Assembly (NCBI GenBank): GCA_963715985.1
Contig: CAVQSP010000014.1
Coordinates: 672,001-736,000 of the forward strand
From: an uncultured Thermoleophilia bacterium
GTDB taxonomy: Bacteria; Actinomycetota; Thermoleophilia; UBA2241
Reading direction: 5' to 3'
DNA: 64,000 nucleotides
Both the position numbers and the translations under genes were made by a program. Each line of letters starts with the position of its first letter. Position 1 is the first letter of the stretch. A model generated the notes under the pieces. That model saw only the letters and a program-made list of their open reading frames with translations. It was not told where the DNA came from and did not search any database. Below are positions 50,018 through 62,089 of the stretch, one piece after another.

Positions 50018-52534
50018 CACGACGCCGCGGACCACGTCCAGGATGCCGTCGGCGAGGGCCTCGGACGCGGCCTGGTCGTCGCCCTCGGCGTACACGTGGA
50101 AGACGGGCTCGTCGGCGTCCGGCAGCAGCTGCACCCAGCCGCCCACTGTATGCACCTGGATGCCGTCGATGAGGCTGATCTCGTCCTCGTCGCCGATCTC
50201 CCGCTGCAGGTGCTCGGTGGCGGTGCGCATCACCGTGCCCTTGAGCGACCAGGGGCAGGCGACCGTCTTGTGCACCAGCGTGCTGGCCGGGATCTCGGCC
50301 AGCTGCTCGCTCAGAGACAAGGCCTGCGGGGCGAGCAGCTCGAGCAGCTTGCCCAGGCTCATGATGGCGTCGAAGGCCGGGACCATCTCCGGGAAGATGT
50401 AGCCGCCGCCCATGGACCCCGCGAACACCACACCCTCCCGCGTGGAGGCCGTTGCGAGCTCGGGCAGGGAGACCTTGGTGCGCTCCACCTCTACGCCGAA
50501 CTCCCCGGCCAGACGCTCGGCGAGGCGCGTGACGGTGAGCGGCAGCACGATCTTCTGGCCCTTGGCCGCGTGCTGCGCAACGAGCTTCACGAACAGCAGC
50601 AGCGCCTGTTCCAGAGGCACCTCTTGGCCGCGGTCGTCCACGAGGAAGATGCGTTCCGCCCCGGGACCGATGACCACGCCCAGATCCGCCTCCATGGTGC
50701 GCACGAGGCGCTGGACCTCCTGGATGTTGGCGCCCAGCTCCTCCGCCCCGAGGCTCGCGTGCCGCTTGTCGCTGAAGGCGCGCAGCGAGAGGACCTCGGC
50801 CTCGAGGTCTCCGAGGATGTTGGGCAGCGCCAGCGAGGCCGGGGAATAGGAGTAGTCGATCACGAGCCGGTAGGCGCGGCTGCGGATGCGCTCCGTGTCC
50901 CAGGCGTTGACGAGGCCACGGACGTAGGTCTCCATGGCCCTGTCCGGGAACTCGAGCTCGCCGAACTCGCTGTAGAAGGCGCGCCGGAAGTCGCGGCGGC
51001 CCAGGTACTTCTCGATGTCCTTCTGGCGCTTCTCACTGAGACTGATGCCGGGGGGCTCGAACACCTGGATCTGCATCATCTCCGGGTCCCAGCTGGAGAT
51101 GCGCACGTGCATCCCGCCTTGGGACGCCCCGCTCTTGACGTCGAAGCGGTTGACGGCGCTGCTCGCTACGCGCAGGTCCCGGACCACGACCCCGGTGGAG
51201 CTCAGGCCGCAGATGAGGGCGCGCTTGATGACCCGCGACGCAGGGTGCGCGTCGCGGCTGGTGGTGACCCGCGCGCCCTTCTTGAGCACGGTGCCGTAGG
51301 CCATGGCCACGTTGAGCGCGAGCTCGGCCGTGATGTCCACGTTGATGAGGCCGGAGATGCCGTCGCGGCCGAAGAGCTGCGCGCTGCCCCGCGACTCCCA
51401 GATGATGCTGGAGTTGATCTGGGCGCCGGCCTCCACCGTCTTGAAGGGGTAGATCTTGACGTCCGGCGCCACGTAGGCCTGCTCGCCGATGACGCACTCG
51501 TCGCCGATGGCCGCGCCCTCGCTGAAGGTGGCTCCTGCCTTGATGTCGCAGTTCCTGCCGACGATGGTGCCCAGCACCTTGGCCGACGACCCGATGTAGG
51601 TGTTGGAGCCGATGACGCTGTGGCGGACCTCGGCGTGGTCCTTGACCACCACGTTGTTGCCCAGCACCGAGTACTTGTCGATGTTGGCCGTGGCCGCGAT
51701 CTTGCCGTAGTTGCCGATGAACGCCGGGCCGCTGATGTTCTCAAGCGAGTCGAGGTTGATGCCCTCGCCCACGAAGATGCGGTTCTGCAGTTCGATGCCG
51801 GGGATCTCCGCGGTGACTTTGCCGTCAAGGAGGTCGCCGTTGGCGGAGAGGTACTGGGGCAGGCTGCCGATGTCCTGCCAGTAGCCGTCGGCGACGAAGC
51901 CGTACAAGGGCGCTCCCATGGCAAAGAGCTTGGGGAACAGGTCCTGGCTGAAGTCATAGGGCTCGTCGGCCGGGATGTGGTCGAAGATCTCGGGCTCGAG
52001 CACGTAGATGCCCGTGTTGACGGTGTCGCTGAAGACCTGGCCCCACGTGGGCTTCTCGAGGAAGCGTTCGATGCGGCCCTCGTCGTCGACCACGACGACC
52101 CCGAACTCCAGCGGGTTCTCCACGCGCTTGAGGGCGATGGTGACCATGGCGCCGCGCTGCTTGTGGAACGCGATGATCTCGCCGAGGTCGAAGTCGGTGA
52201 GCGCGTCGCCGCTGATGACGATGAAGGTGCCGTCGCGCAGGGCATCCTCGGCCAGCTTGACGCTGCCGGCCGTGCCGGCCGGCGCCTGTTCCACCGAGTA
52301 CTGCATGCTCATGCCCAGCGCGGAGCCGTCGCCGAAGTAGTCGCGGATGGCCTTGGGCAGGAACATCAGGGTGACGACCGTCTCCTCGATGCCGTGCCGC
52401 TTGAGGAGCTCGAGGATGTACTCCATGCACGGCTTGCCGCACAGCGAGACCATGGGTTTGGGCTGATTGCTGGTCAGCGGCCGCAAGCGGGTGCCTTCGC
52501 CGCCGGCCATCACGACTGCGCGCACGGGCCTCAC
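50000..52534 (-). CDS. Bifunctional mannose-1-phosphate guanylyltransferase / phosphomannomutase-like protein
   Basis: [19 protein letters not shown], hexapeptide repeats, LFGRDGISG phosphomutase domain; ends in TAG. Confidence 0.9.
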   Translation of the reverse strand: MRPVRAVVMAGGEGTRLRPLTSNQPKPMVSLCGKPCMEYILELLKRHGIEETVVTLMFLPKAIRDYFGDGSALGMSMQYSVEQAPAGTAGSVKLAEDALRDGTFIVISGDALTDFDLGEIIAFHKQRGAMVTIALKRVENPLEFGVVVVDDEGRIERFLEKPTWGQVFSDTVNTGIYVLEPEIFDHIPADEPYDFSQDLFPKLFAMGAPLYGFVADGYWQDIGSLPQYLSANGDLLDGKVTAEIPGIELQNRIFVGEGINLDSLENISGPAFIGNYGKIAATANIDKYSVLGNNVVVKDHAEVRHSVIGSNTYIGSSAKVLGTIVGRNCDIKAGATFSEGAAIGDECVIGEQAYVAPDVKIYPFKTVEAGAQINSSIIWESRGSAQLFGRDGISGLINVDITAELALNVAMAYGTVLKKGARVTTSRDAHPASRVIKRALICGLSSTGVVVRDLRVASSAVNRFDVKSGASQGGMHVRISSWDPEMMQIQVFEPPGISLSEKRQKDIEKYLGRRDFRRAFYSEFGELEFPDRAMETYVRGLVNAWDTERIRSRAYRLVIDYSYSPASLALPNILGDLEAEVLSLRAFSDKRHASLGAEELGANIQEVQRLVRTMEADLGVVIGPGAERIFLVDDRGQEVPLEQALLLFVKLVAQHAAKGQKIVLPLTVTRLAERLAGEFGVEVERTKVSLPELATASTREGVVFAGSMGGGYIFPEMVPAFDAIMSLGKLLELLAPQALSLSEQLAEIPASTLVHKTVACPWSLKGTVMRTATEHLQREIGDEDEISLIDGIQVHTVGGWVQLLPDADEPVFHVYAEGDDQAASEALADGILDVVRGVVRDNSA

Positions 52535-52593
52535 CTTCGCTTTCGCCCAAGGGGTGGGTCGGTCGGATGCTGCGGCAATCCTACCAGAGGCGC

Positions 52594-53154
52594 CTACCCT
52601 GCCCGCGCACCGCCGCCCCGGTGCGCGCTCACCCAGGCGATGGCGCGGTACCCGTACAACAGGCCCGCGGCCACGTACAGGGTCGCGCCCACGGCGAAGA
52701 ACACCCAGCCCACCACCCGCACGTCGATGATGAACCACTGTATGGCGCAGATGAGGATGAGATTGCTGGCCTTGCCCCAGCGGCTGATCTGCGGGCCCTG
52801 GTCCGTGTACCTGCGCGTGGGGATGGCGAGGCCGAGGATGATGCCGTCGCGGACGAGCAGCGGCAGCACCGCCCACCAGGGCAGTGTCTGGAAGTACCAG
52901 AGCATCGCGACCAGCGTGAAGAAGAAGAGCCGGTCCACGATGGGGTCCACCCAACGCCCGAACTCGCTCTGGACGTCGTACCGGCGAGCGATGAGACCGT
53001 CGGCGACGTCACTGAGAGCGGCGAAGAGGACGATCCAGGCCGTGGTCCACGCCGCTCCCTCATGGTACAGCGCATAGGTCCACACGACGAACGGCAGCGA
53101 GGCGAGACGGGCGACGGTGAGGATGTTGGGGACGTAGCGGACGAAGCGGGACAT
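52594..53154 (-). CDS. CDP-alcohol phosphatidyltransferase
   Basis: [20 protein letters not shown]...[14 protein letters not shown]. Confidence 0.88.
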   Translation of the reverse strand: MSRFVRYVPNILTVARLASLPFVVWTYALYHEGAAWTTAWIVLFAALSDVADGLIARRYDVQSEFGRWVDPIVDRLFFFTLVAMLWYFQTLPWWAVLPLLVRDGIILGLAIPTRRYTDQGPQISRWGKASNLILICAIQWFIIDVRVVGWVFFAVGATLYVAAGLLYGYRAIAWVSAHRGGGARAG

Positions 53155-53265
53155 GAGTCGCAGTGTAGCAGCCCGGCGGCTTGGGCCGTGGGTGCCGCCC
53201 GAACGTCGAGGTCGTTGTCTGCCGGATCCGTTGACCGCGAGAGGCGGCTGCGTCTAGCATCCGGC

Positions 53266-54144
53266 ATGGCTGCGTCGCCCATCACCCACGTGCTCTGCTT
53301 CGGCGACAGCACGTCCGACAACGGCGCCGGGTTCCACCTGACGTCGGCGCTCCTCGGCCGACCGGATGCGCCGGCGGAGGCCTTCGTCCTCGCTGCCCCA
53401 CCGGCCTATCCGGCCGGCCGCTTCACCAATGGCCTGACGGCCGTCGAGGTGCTCGCCGAGGAGCTGGGCGCCGCCCTGAGCGACTACGCCGTGGGCGGCG
53501 CCCTGAGTGCCTACGGCAACTACTACAGCTGGATCGACCGCTTCGCGCGGACCGGCCTCCTGGAGCAGGTCGACGCGTTCGTCGCCGGCCTCGGCCAGAG
53601 CGGCGCCGATCCGCTGGCGCTGTATGTCGTCCAGCTGGCCGGGAACGACTACGCCGTCTGGGCGGACCTCGTCATCAAGGCGCCCGCCGCGGTGGACGAG
53701 GTGGCCCGGCGGGTCGTCGCCGACGAGTGCGAGGCGGTGCGCCGGCTGACCTTCGCGGGAGCCCGGCGGTTCCTGGTGATGGGCAGCAAGAACGTCTCCA
53801 TCTGCCCCTCTGAGGTGACGGCCGGCCGGACCGGACCGGCGGGCGGCTTCACCTACGCCATGAGCACGCTGCTGCCCGCAGCCGTGAGCGAGCTCGCACG
53901 CCGGCTCGGCGTCAAGATCGAGTACTTCGACTTGGTGGCTGCCTGGCGTCGGATACGCGTGACCGCCAGCGCCTACGGGCTCACGGAGATCGACCGCCCC
54001 TTCATCCGGACCGACCCTGAGTTCGTGCCCGGCGCGGGCGACCCGGACCAGTACTTCTTCTGGGACGAGTCGCACGTGACCAGTGCGGTCCACCGCATCC
54101 TCGGAGAGCGGATGGCGGCCGCCCTGCCGAAGAGCTGGACATAG
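53266..54144 (+). CDS. SGNH/GDSL hydrolase
   Basis: FGDSTSDNG, GRFTNG, AGNDY, FWDESH. Confidence 0.9.
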   Translation: MAASPITHVLCFGDSTSDNGAGFHLTSALLGRPDAPAEAFVLAAPPAYPAGRFTNGLTAVEVLAEELGAALSDYAVGGALSAYGNYYSWIDRFARTGLLEQVDAFVAGLGQSGADPLALYVVQLAGNDYAVWADLVIKAPAAVDEVARRVVADECEAVRRLTFAGARRFLVMGSKNVSICPSEVTAGRTGPAGGFTYAMSTLLPAAVSELARRLGVKIEYFDLVAAWRRIRVTASAYGLTEIDRPFIRTDPEFVPGAGDPDQYFFWDESHVTSAVHRILGERMAAALPKSWT

Positions 54145-54224
54145 GCAGCCTCGCGGCCGATCTCCGGCCTTGCCGCAGCCGACGCAGCGTGCCGCCGAGC
54201 CTGTGGTAATATGCCCGATACGGT

Positions 54225-54302
54225 CGGCGTGTGGCGCAGCCTGGTTAGCGCACTAGTCTGGGGGACTAGGGGTCGCCAGTTCAAATCTGGCCACGCCGAC
54301 CA
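54225..54302 (+). tRNA. tRNA-Pro (GGG)
   Basis: CGGCGTG/CACGCCG acceptor stem, anticodon arm CTAGT-ctGGGgg-ACTAG, TTCAAAT loop, encoded CCA. Confidence 0.97.
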
Positions 54303-54452
54303 TCTTCTTTCTCCTGCGAGAGCCGCAGTCCACGAGGCGCGCCGACGGGCCGCCGGTGGCTGCCGGAGACCTCGTCAGTCTCCCACTCGTATTCCACTTC
54401 CTCGGATCTCGCCATCGCGGGCCCGGCGGATCGCGCCGGCGACCTCTCTCGG

Positions 54453-55988
54453 CTACTTCACCGTCAGCTTGGCCTTGGCCACGTTGGCCTGCGGGTTGCC
54501 GGCCAGGTCGGTGGCGTAGACGTTCCAGGTGTAGGTGCCCTTCTTGAGGTTGCAGGTGAAGCGCGCCGTGTGGTCCCCGTTCACCTTGACGTCGTCGAGG
54601 GTCAGCTTCTTGGCCTGTGAGCCGTCGCTCTTCATGACCTTGATGACGACGTCGGCCCTGGGGCTGAGGCCCGAGGGCTCCTCGACGCGGTAGGTGAGCT
54701 TGGCCGTCGCGCCCTTCTTCACGCTCACGCTCCCGAGCGTCTTCGTCTTCGGCTTCGTGGTGTCGATGTTGACCGTGGCGCTGGCCGTGCCGGCCCGGTT
54801 GCACCAGTCCAGCGCCTGGACGCTGACGCTGATCGCGCCCTGCGCGGCGGTCGGCACCGTGTAGGCGCTGCCGGCGGTCCAGGCGCTCACCGCGGGCGGC
54901 GCCATGTACTGCAGCTTCTGCACCCCGGACTGGCTGTCCGCGGCGGTGAAGGTGAGGGCCACGGGGGCGTTGTGCCAGGCGCTGTCGGCGCCGCTGATCG
55001 TCACCGTGGGGTCGCTGGTCTCGGCCGCCACGGTGAGCGGCAGGCCGCCGACGCTGGGCGCCCCGGGCGGGAAGGGCGGGTTCTTGACGCTCACCGTGAG
55101 CGTGCCGGCGCTGGCCATGTCGGCGGCCACGAGCGGCACCGTGAGCTGCGTCGCGCTGACGAACGTGGTGGCGGTCTTCTCGCTGCCGTTCAGCGCTATG
55201 CGGGCGCCGTTTGCGAAGTTGCCGCCCGTGACGGTGAGCACGACGTCGTCCTTGACGTAGCCGGCCCAGACCGAGGTCGGGCTCAGCGCGGTGAGGAGGG
55301 GCAGCGGGCCGCTGATGGTGAAGATGGCAGCGTTGCTCAGCGTGCCGTCGCTCACGTTTCTGACCGTCACTGCCGCGGTCCCCGGCGTGGTCAGCATGGC
55401 GGCGGGAACCACGGCGGTCAGCCACTTCCCCCAGTTGTAGGTGGTGACGAGCGTCGCGCCGTTCCAGCGCACGCTCGAACCCGCGTAGAAGCGGGTGGAG
55501 TTGACGAAGTGGTCGCCGTTCACCTGCAGCGTCAGATCGCCGCTCCCGGCCACCACGCTGGTCGGACTGAGGCTGCTGATGAGCGGGGCTGGGGCCGACA
55601 CCGTGAAGGCGCCCGACAGGGGGGTCGCCAGGTACGACGCCGGCGCCGGAATGCCGACAGACTGCACGGCGCGCAGGTCGTACGCGCCGGGGGCCGCACC
55701 GGTCGGCAGCACGAACGTGGCCCTCGCCCACGTTCCCGCGAGCGTGTCCCAGGCGGTCGTCGAGCCGTTGAGGGTCGTCGCTCCCTTCTGGAACAGGGAG
55801 AACAGCGGCACATCGGCACCTGCCCCCGTGACGAAGCTGCCGAAGATCGTGCACTCCACCGAGGTCCCCGCAGAGCCAGCTCTCGGGGTGATGCTGGTGA
55901 GGCTGATGGTGAGGGCCGTAGCAGTGGGCACAGCAAGCAGCATCACCCCCGCCAGCACCACCAGGAAGAGTGTTATCCGCTTGCCCAT
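54453..55988 (-). CDS. Secreted IPT/TIG and Ig-like domain protein
   Basis: Signal peptide MGKRITLFLVVLAG...ATA, repeated ISSLSPTSV / TTFVSATQLT, ATDLAGN. Confidence 0.8.
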   Translation of the reverse strand: MGKRITLFLVVLAGVMLLAVPTATALTISLTSITPRAGSAGTSVECTIFGSFVTGAGADVPLFSLFQKGATTLNGSTTAWDTLAGTWARATFVLPTGAAPGAYDLRAVQSVGIPAPASYLATPLSGAFTVSAPAPLISSLSPTSVVAGSGDLTLQVNGDHFVNSTRFYAGSSVRWNGATLVTTYNWGKWLTAVVPAAMLTTPGTAAVTVRNVSDGTLSNAAIFTISGPLPLLTALSPTSVWAGYVKDDVVLTVTGGNFANGARIALNGSEKTATTFVSATQLTVPLVAADMASAGTLTVSVKNPPFPPGAPSVGGLPLTVAAETSDPTVTISGADSAWHNAPVALTFTAADSQSGVQKLQYMAPPAVSAWTAGSAYTVPTAAQGAISVSVQALDWCNRAGTASATVNIDTTKPKTKTLGSVSVKKGATAKLTYRVEEPSGLSPRADVVIKVMKSDGSQAKKLTLDDVKVNGDHTARFTCNLKKGTYTWNVYATDLAGNPQANVAKAKLTVK

Positions 55989-56495
55989 GCTCCCACCTCC
56001 GCAGCGAGACTCCGTCGGGCCTGCGCCGGAGCTCGACGTGCACGACGCCCATGCCGGCCCCGGAACGACCCTGCCTGGGTTGTACTCCAAGAGAGGCATC
56101 GGCAAAAGCGTTGACGGTGAGATCGGGGGTCACGAGCGACGCCACAGGCTTCACGTCGGAGCGGTAGACGCCGCCGGCCACACGGAGCAGCCCCGGCGGG
56201 TGCAGTCACCGCCGGGGCCGAAGACAAGGGAGGGGCGAGCCTCCCTATTCGTGCTATCGAATGAACGCAGTCAGAAGATGAGTGGATCATCCGTCTACCC
56301 TCGCCTTTCGTTTCGCGGCACGCACGCCGGGCGCACCCCCAGGAAGCGCCCCTTCGGCCCCGGCGCAGGGCAGCAGTTGGAAGCCGGGCGCCACTGGCCC
56401 TCCACCGGCCCCCGCATCCTCAACGGCGACCGCACGGAACCTCGGCGTGCAGGGGTATGTTCTCGGTGGAGACCATCTACCGGAGGGCTGTGAGG

Positions 56496-56921
56496 ATGAA
56501 AGGGCGTCTCGCAGTGGCTGCGCTTGTTCTCGGTCTTGCGGTCGCCGTGCCCGTGATCGGCGCCTTGTCGGCACCGCAGGCGCGTGCTGCCACATGGCAC
56601 ACCGTGAAGGCTGGCGCAGACCGGCAGAATCGAAAGTACAGCGTCACGCTCAACCCGTCCCGCCCGACGCGACTGAAGTACATGACGGGCCGCGTGTTGG
56701 ACATCGACGACGGGGAGTTCAAGTACGACTGGGTCCGGTTCCGCCTGATCCGCAAGGACACGTCGGAGGTCGTCAAGCAGGTTGGCCCGCTGTACTCGCC
56801 AACCGGGTATCAGGACTGGCACACGGCCGGCATCACGCTGCCGTCGGGAGTCCGCACATACACCCTCAGGGTCACGTGCGACGACGCCCTCTGGGGCTTC
56901 AGGCTCCAGCAGCGGTACTAG
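56496..56921 (+). CDS. Secreted hypothetical protein
   Basis: Signal peptide ending ARA; beta-rich mature part. Confidence 0.7.
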   Translation: MKGRLAVAALVLGLAVAVPVIGALSAPQARAATWHTVKAGADRQNRKYSVTLNPSRPTRLKYMTGRVLDIDDGEFKYDWVRFRLIRKDTSEVVKQVGPLYSPTGYQDWHTAGITLPSGVRTYTLRVTCDDALWGFRLQQRY

Positions 56922-57116
56922 TCTGCGGCGCGTATGGCCTGGGCAGCGAAGGTGGCCGGCCGCACCGTCGCCGTCTGCCCACACGGCGAATGAGGCTTGG
57001 AGCAGCCGTGCGACCGGGTACGAAGAGAGAACGGGCGGACTCCCGAGAAGCAGTGTGGTGCGGGGGCAGCGGGCCGAGCGTCTCCGTGATTCTCTTGTTC
57101 TCCGTGGGGGGCGATC

Positions 57117-57611
57117 GTGAAGGACGTCGGTTCGCCGGTTCAGCAGCACGGCAGCGGGCCTGAGCAGTCCCACCTCGAGGGCGACGCGGCAGTCGTCCGG
57201 CCACGGCCGGAGCTGAGGGACGGGGCTACCGAGCTCCTGGCGATCGTCGCGTACATCAGCGCAGGCGACGGGCCGGTGCGGGCCTCTCGCGGTTCAGCCG
57301 ACCGCCTCTCACCCTGGCACCAGCGCCTGCTTCAGAAAGCGATGGAGAGGCTGGACGTCATCGACGCGGACCTCAGGGGCCGCGTCGCTTTCTTGGTTGC
57401 CGGCAAGGACCACGGCTACTATGCGTCGGAGTCGGAGCTGGAGCTGGCGGGAACAGCGCTCGATGCCTGTCGTGCAACGTCGACGGTCGTCGATGCGTTG
57501 CTGGCGGGACGTTTGCCGACTGTGCGGGAGTTCGAGGCGGTGAGCGACACGGCGCTGAGGATCTACCCGGCGCTTGAGGCGATGGATGCGCGCGCGGCGC
57601 GTCCGTGGTAG
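57117..57611 (+). CDS. Hypothetical protein
   Basis: Helical, plausible composition; no motif recognised. Confidence 0.5.
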   Translation: MKDVGSPVQQHGSGPEQSHLEGDAAVVRPRPELRDGATELLAIVAYISAGDGPVRASRGSADRLSPWHQRLLQKAMERLDVIDADLRGRVAFLVAGKDHGYYASESELELAGTALDACRATSTVVDALLAGRLPTVREFEAVSDTALRIYPALEAMDARAARPW

Positions 57612-58742
57612 ACACGCGACAGCGCGACGGCCCGGTCACCGTCTCTGCACCCAGCTTCATCGGCGCAGTTCGCCGGGAGCACGAAGCCGGCCTGCGGGAG
57701 GTGCCTTCGCGGGGGAGGCAGGGACCACGGCCGTGCCGGCGGATAGCGGGAAGGTTCGCAGAGCCAACCTGCACCGGGCCGCCCGACCACACCTTCTGCG
57801 GTCTCTTGCCGAGGTGCGCGAGAGCGGCCGTCCGGCGTTCTTCTTCGACTACGACGAATCATTGGTCTACTGGGACGACGAGTTGTCCGACATTCGCGAC
57901 TTGGGTGACGCGCTGCAGACCGGGGCCAATCCGACCCCACTTCCCCCTGCCGTCCTTGAGAACGCCGTCGGCATCGAGTACGGCTGGCAGCGCACACGCC
58001 TGCGATTGTCGCCTCTGTCGCCATCTGTTGTGACGCTGCGACGGGAGTATGCCTGTGGCCCATCTGTGGCCGTCTGCGGCCCAGCGTCGCCGACACGCCA
58101 TCCCCGGGCCACAGAGGCGCCGTCACAGGCCGTCACGGAAGGGAGCATTCCTGCACAGGACGGCAGCGCCTCGCTTCGTCCGGTGAACCATAGGCCGACG
58201 GTTCGAGATCGGCCAAACCGGCCTGTCCTTCGCCCGCGCAGGGGCGCTCGGGCGACGCACCGATAGCGGCCGGCCTCACTGTGCCCGCAGCCCCGCGCAG
58301 CGGACGCGCTGCAGCGCTGCTCTGGCCCCCATGCAGCTCATGATGCAGCTGATGCGCAGCAGCACGACGGAGACGCACGAACTGACGCCGGCACGACGCC
58401 GCATCAAGACAGGGCCGGGCGCATTGCCGGGTCCCCCGTCCTGCCTTCAGGTGCTCCAGATGGCGGGCGGCCGCCGCGGTCACCTTGCCGGCGGGAGCGG
58501 CCTGCGACGGCCGCGCCGGCCTTCCCGGCTCCTCAGAGCTTGACCCAGATGGAGCGCCAGCTGGAGGCTTTGCGCGGATGCAACTCGTCGGCGTGGTGCA
58601 CCGCGCGGACCCTCCAGTGCAGCTTGCCTGACCCCCACCCGTAGAAGCTGAAGCCCACACGGAAGGCCGTGGCGCCGCCGCGGTCCCCGTTCTCCACGCG
58701 CGCACTGCTCACGCCGCGCCAGCGTCGGCTACTGTACTTCTG

Positions 58743-59191
58743 TCACTCCACCGTCACCGACTCGTCGCCGGGCAGGTGGCGCTGACTCAGCGTGCCCACG
58801 CCGTGTAGTCCTCGTCCACGCGGCAGGTGGAGGGCACGTTGGGCGGCGTGACGCGCAGGCTGGCGGTCGCAGCCTGGATGTCCACCTTGAGCGTGCATAA
58901 TGGATCGTCCACCACGCGGTCGTTCGACCACACCTTGATGTAGTACGTGCCGCCGGACGACGGCGTCACCTACAGCAGCGCTTGCGAGTCGAAGGGCTCC
59001 AGGGAGGTGGCCACGGCGCGGCCGGGCGCCCTCGACGCCCGTCTGTCGGGCGCGCCCGCGGCTGTGGCGGCGCCCGCCGCCGGGACCGCCGCCAGCACCA
59101 GCACGAGCGCGACGAGAACGACCAGCACCACGATGATCGACCGACACCTGTGCATGTCCCCCACCCCTGCCGCCAGCGCACGCGATCGCAC
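58743..59191 (-). pseudogene. Fragmented remnant of a secreted protein gene
   Basis: Signal-peptide ORF stops at 58970; a beta-domain fragment (GTYYIKVWS) continues in another frame. Confidence 0.4.
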
Positions 59192-59339
59192 GCGTTCGCC
59201 TCCAACATGGACCCGGAGCCGGGTCGTGTTCCCGTTTGAGGACTCTGCCGCCGACCCGCAGCGCTCCGTACGCGCGACGACCGGCCTCAGAGGCCGGTCG
59301 TCGCGCTCCCCACCTACAGGCCGCGGGAGGCTACAGTGA

Positions 59340-59747
59340 TCAGAGGCCGACCAAGCTCGCCGAGCGCTCGGACCCCCCGTTCTGAGGCTGCTTGAGCGTC
59401 TCGCCGATGTCGTCGGGCACAGGCTGGTCGCGGAGCAGGATGCCGTAGAGCTTGTCGGTGAGGGCCGGCGACCCGTCGAGCACGCCGGCCACCTGACGCA
59501 GCCGGTACTCCACGAAGAAGTCGGGCGCCACCCCCAGCGACTGGGCGATGATGCCCATCACCGGGTCCGCCGGCACCGGGCGCGTCCCCTTGGTCAGATG
59601 GTTGAGGTACCCCGCCGACAGCTTGGTCTTGTACGCAAGCTGCCGGTAGCTGAGGTGACGCTCCTCCATGAGCCCTTTGAGAGCCGCCGGGAACCGCTCC
59701 TGCGAGAACCTGTTTCTGGCTATGGGTGTGGTGTACACGGCCGTCAT
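59340..59747 (-). CDS. XRE-family HTH regulator
   Basis: LSYRQLAYKTKLSAGYLNHLTKG.RPVP, FFVEYR. Confidence 0.82.
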   Translation of the reverse strand: MTAVYTTPIARNRFSQERFPAALKGLMEERHLSYRQLAYKTKLSAGYLNHLTKGTRPVPADPVMGIIAQSLGVAPDFFVEYRLRQVAGVLDGSPALTDKLYGILLRDQPVPDDIGETLKQPQNGGSERSASLVGL

Positions 59748-59874
59748 GTCCCTACTGGTATCGCCGATACGGCGCGATACTTGAGGGGCAACCGCACCCG
59801 TGTTGTCCGGGAAGACAACGGGTATGACGCGGGGACGGGAGCCGCGCGCGCTCACACGAGCGCGGACCCGACGC

Positions 59875-61641
59875 TCAGGCGCGCCCGAGCAGCGCGCGCA
59901 GCGCGGGGGCGAGCTCGGCGACGGGTACGTCGCTCCGCTCGCCCGTGGCGCGGTCCTTGAGCTCCACCACGCCGTCCGGGGCCCGCTTGCCCACCACGAC
60001 CTGCGCCGGGCAGCCGAGCAGGTCGGCGTCCTTGAACTTGATGCCCGGGCTCATGTCGCGGTCGTCGAAGAGCACGTCCAGACCGGCCGCGGGCAGCTCC
60101 GCGTACAGACGCTCCGCCAGCGCGGCCTGCACCTCGTCCGAGGCGCGCACCAGCACGAGGTGCACGTCGAACGGGGCGATGGTGGCCGGCCAGATGATGC
60201 CGTTGCCGTCGTGGTGCTGCTCGATGGCGGCGGCGGCGATGCGGGCGAGGCCGATGCCGTAGCTGCCCATGACGATGGGCCGCTCCTTGCCCTCCTCGTC
60301 GAGGAAGCTGGCGCCCATGGTCTCGGAGTACTTGGTGCCGAGCTGGAAGATGTTGCCGACCTCGATGACGCGAGCTCCCTCGAGGTCGCCGGCGCACTGC
60401 GGGCAGGGATCGCCGGCGCGCGCCTTGCGCAGGTCGAAGTACGAGGCCTGCGGGACGAGCTCCATGCTCACGCCGGTGCGGTGATGGTCCTTCTTGTTGG
60501 CGCCGGCGACGTAGTGGCCCCGGCGCAGGACCTCGTCCGCGTACACCGGCAGCGGCGTGGGCTCGGGGCCCACGTAGCCGGCCTCCACGCCCTGCGCCTC
60601 CAGGACCTCTTCCGCCGTGGCGAGGCGGAAGTCGGCGCCCAGGGCCTTGCGCAGCTTGAGGTCGCCGAGCCCGTGGTCGCCGCGCAGCAGCACGAGCGCC
60701 TGCGTGCCGGCCTCGTCGCCGCTCTCGATGGTGACGACGAGCGACTTGAGGAAGGCGCGCGCCGGCAGTCCGAGGAAGGCGCAGACGTCGTCGATGGTCC
60801 TGGCGCCGGGCGTGTACTTGACCTCGTCAACGAGGAGGTTGACGGGGCTTGCGGCGGAACCGGCAGCGGCCGATCCCGCAGCGCCTTCCGGCGCCGTCTC
60901 GCTCAGCGGCGGCTCGCGGTCGGCGCCGGCCACCGCGGTCTCCACGTTGGAGGCGTAGCCGCACTCGCGGCAGAAGACGATCTCGTCCTCGCCGGCGTCG
61001 GCGTAGGCCATGTACTCGTGGCTCACGGAGCCGCCCATCATGCCGGAGTCGCCCTCCACCATCATGGTGTCCAAGCCGCAGCGCTCGTAGATGCGGTCGT
61101 AGGCGGCGATGTGCCTGCGGTAGCTCGCCTGCAGGGCGTCGTAGCTCACGTCGAGGCTGTACGAGTCCTTCATGATGAACTCGCGCGTGCGCAGCACGCC
61201 GCTCTTGGGGCGCGCCTCGTCCCGCTCCTTGGTCTGGATGTGGTACCAGAGCTGGGGCAGCTGCTTGTAGCTGTGCACCTCGCGCGCGGCGAGCCAGGTG
61301 ATGACCTCTTCGTGGGTCATGGCCAGCGCCATGTCCGCGCCCTTGCGGTCCTTGAAGCGGAAGAGCTCGCCGCCGATGGTGTCCCAGCGCCCGGACTCCT
61401 GCCAGATCTCCGCCGGGTTGATGACCGGCATGAGCATCTCCTGGCCACCGATGGCGTCCATCTCCTGGCGGATGATGGCGGCGATCTTCTGCATCACTCG
61501 CCAGCCGGCGGGCAGGTACACGTACACGCCCGCCGCGAGCTGGCGCACGAGGCCGGCGCGGACCATCAGCTTGTGGCTGACGGCCTCCGCGCCCGCCGGG
61601 TCTTCTTTGACGGTGGGCAGCAGCAGCTGACTGGCGCGCAT
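59875..61641 (-). CDS. proS: Proline--tRNA ligase
   Basis: [55 protein letters not shown]. Confidence 0.97.
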   Translation of the reverse strand: MRASQLLLPTVKEDPAGAEAVSHKLMVRAGLVRQLAAGVYVYLPAGWRVMQKIAAIIRQEMDAIGGQEMLMPVINPAEIWQESGRWDTIGGELFRFKDRKGADMALAMTHEEVITWLAAREVHSYKQLPQLWYHIQTKERDEARPKSGVLRTREFIMKDSYSLDVSYDALQASYRRHIAAYDRIYERCGLDTMMVEGDSGMMGGSVSHEYMAYADAGEDEIVFCRECGYASNVETAVAGADREPPLSETAPEGAAGSAAAGSAASPVNLLVDEVKYTPGARTIDDVCAFLGLPARAFLKSLVVTIESGDEAGTQALVLLRGDHGLGDLKLRKALGADFRLATAEEVLEAQGVEAGYVGPEPTPLPVYADEVLRRGHYVAGANKKDHHRTGVSMELVPQASYFDLRKARAGDPCPQCAGDLEGARVIEVGNIFQLGTKYSETMGASFLDEEGKERPIVMGSYGIGLARIAAAAIEQHHDGNGIIWPATIAPFDVHLVLVRASDEVQAALAERLYAELPAAGLDVLFDDRDMSPGIKFKDADLLGCPAQVVVGKRAPDGVVELKDRATGERSDVPVAELAPALRALLGRA

Positions 61642-61904
61642 GGGACCTCGCGATGGTGGCTGGTAGACGAGGTCCTATGCTACCAAGGCAGGCTTCGGCG
61701 CGCAGCGACACGAGCCGGACGGGCGGATCAGGCTCCGGGGCACCTCGGCCTGAGACTGGAGAAGCGTTCGAAGCTCCGGTCTCCGCTCAGCAGCACCGAT
61801 CCCGTCTCGACAGTCATACCCGCAGCAGGAGACCGAGGCATCGCAGCACCACTGCATCACGGGGTGGACGTTCCGCACCGGAGAGACATGGTCCGAATCG
61901 CGCC

Positions 61905-62005
61905 TTCAAGCAAGAGCACCGTTGGTTGTACTTCCACTTGAAACGCGCGAATCGACAGTGCCTGCGGCGCGACGCCAACTCGAGAATCGACAGTGCCTGC
62001 GGCGC
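61905..62005 (+). repeat. Dispersed intergenic repeat, copy B, plus a local 23-bp direct repeat
   Basis: Similar to 49795-49851; GAATCGACAGTGCCTGCGGCGCG occurs twice. Confidence 0.75.
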
Positions 62006-62089
62006 GGCCCTGCCTGAGTGAGGTCGCGGATGGGGCGGTGTCGCGGTGTGAGGGCGCGCGGGCGAAGCCGCTCGCGCCCTCCCGCCTCC

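Noticed and set aside
47756-53077. Long antisense ORFs (47756..49831, 49922..53077, also 23906..26143, 33561..35690, 59800..61941)
   Set aside because: Shadow frames of high-GC genes on the opposite strand, with no recognisable motifs
57574-58266. Gene in overlapping ORFs 57605..58033 and 57574..58266
   Set aside because: Possibly one frameshifted hypothetical gene, but no motif or clear boundaries support a call
54225-59340. Integrative element at tRNA-Pro
   Set aside because: Accessory-looking genes follow, but no integrase or duplicated tRNA 3' end was seen
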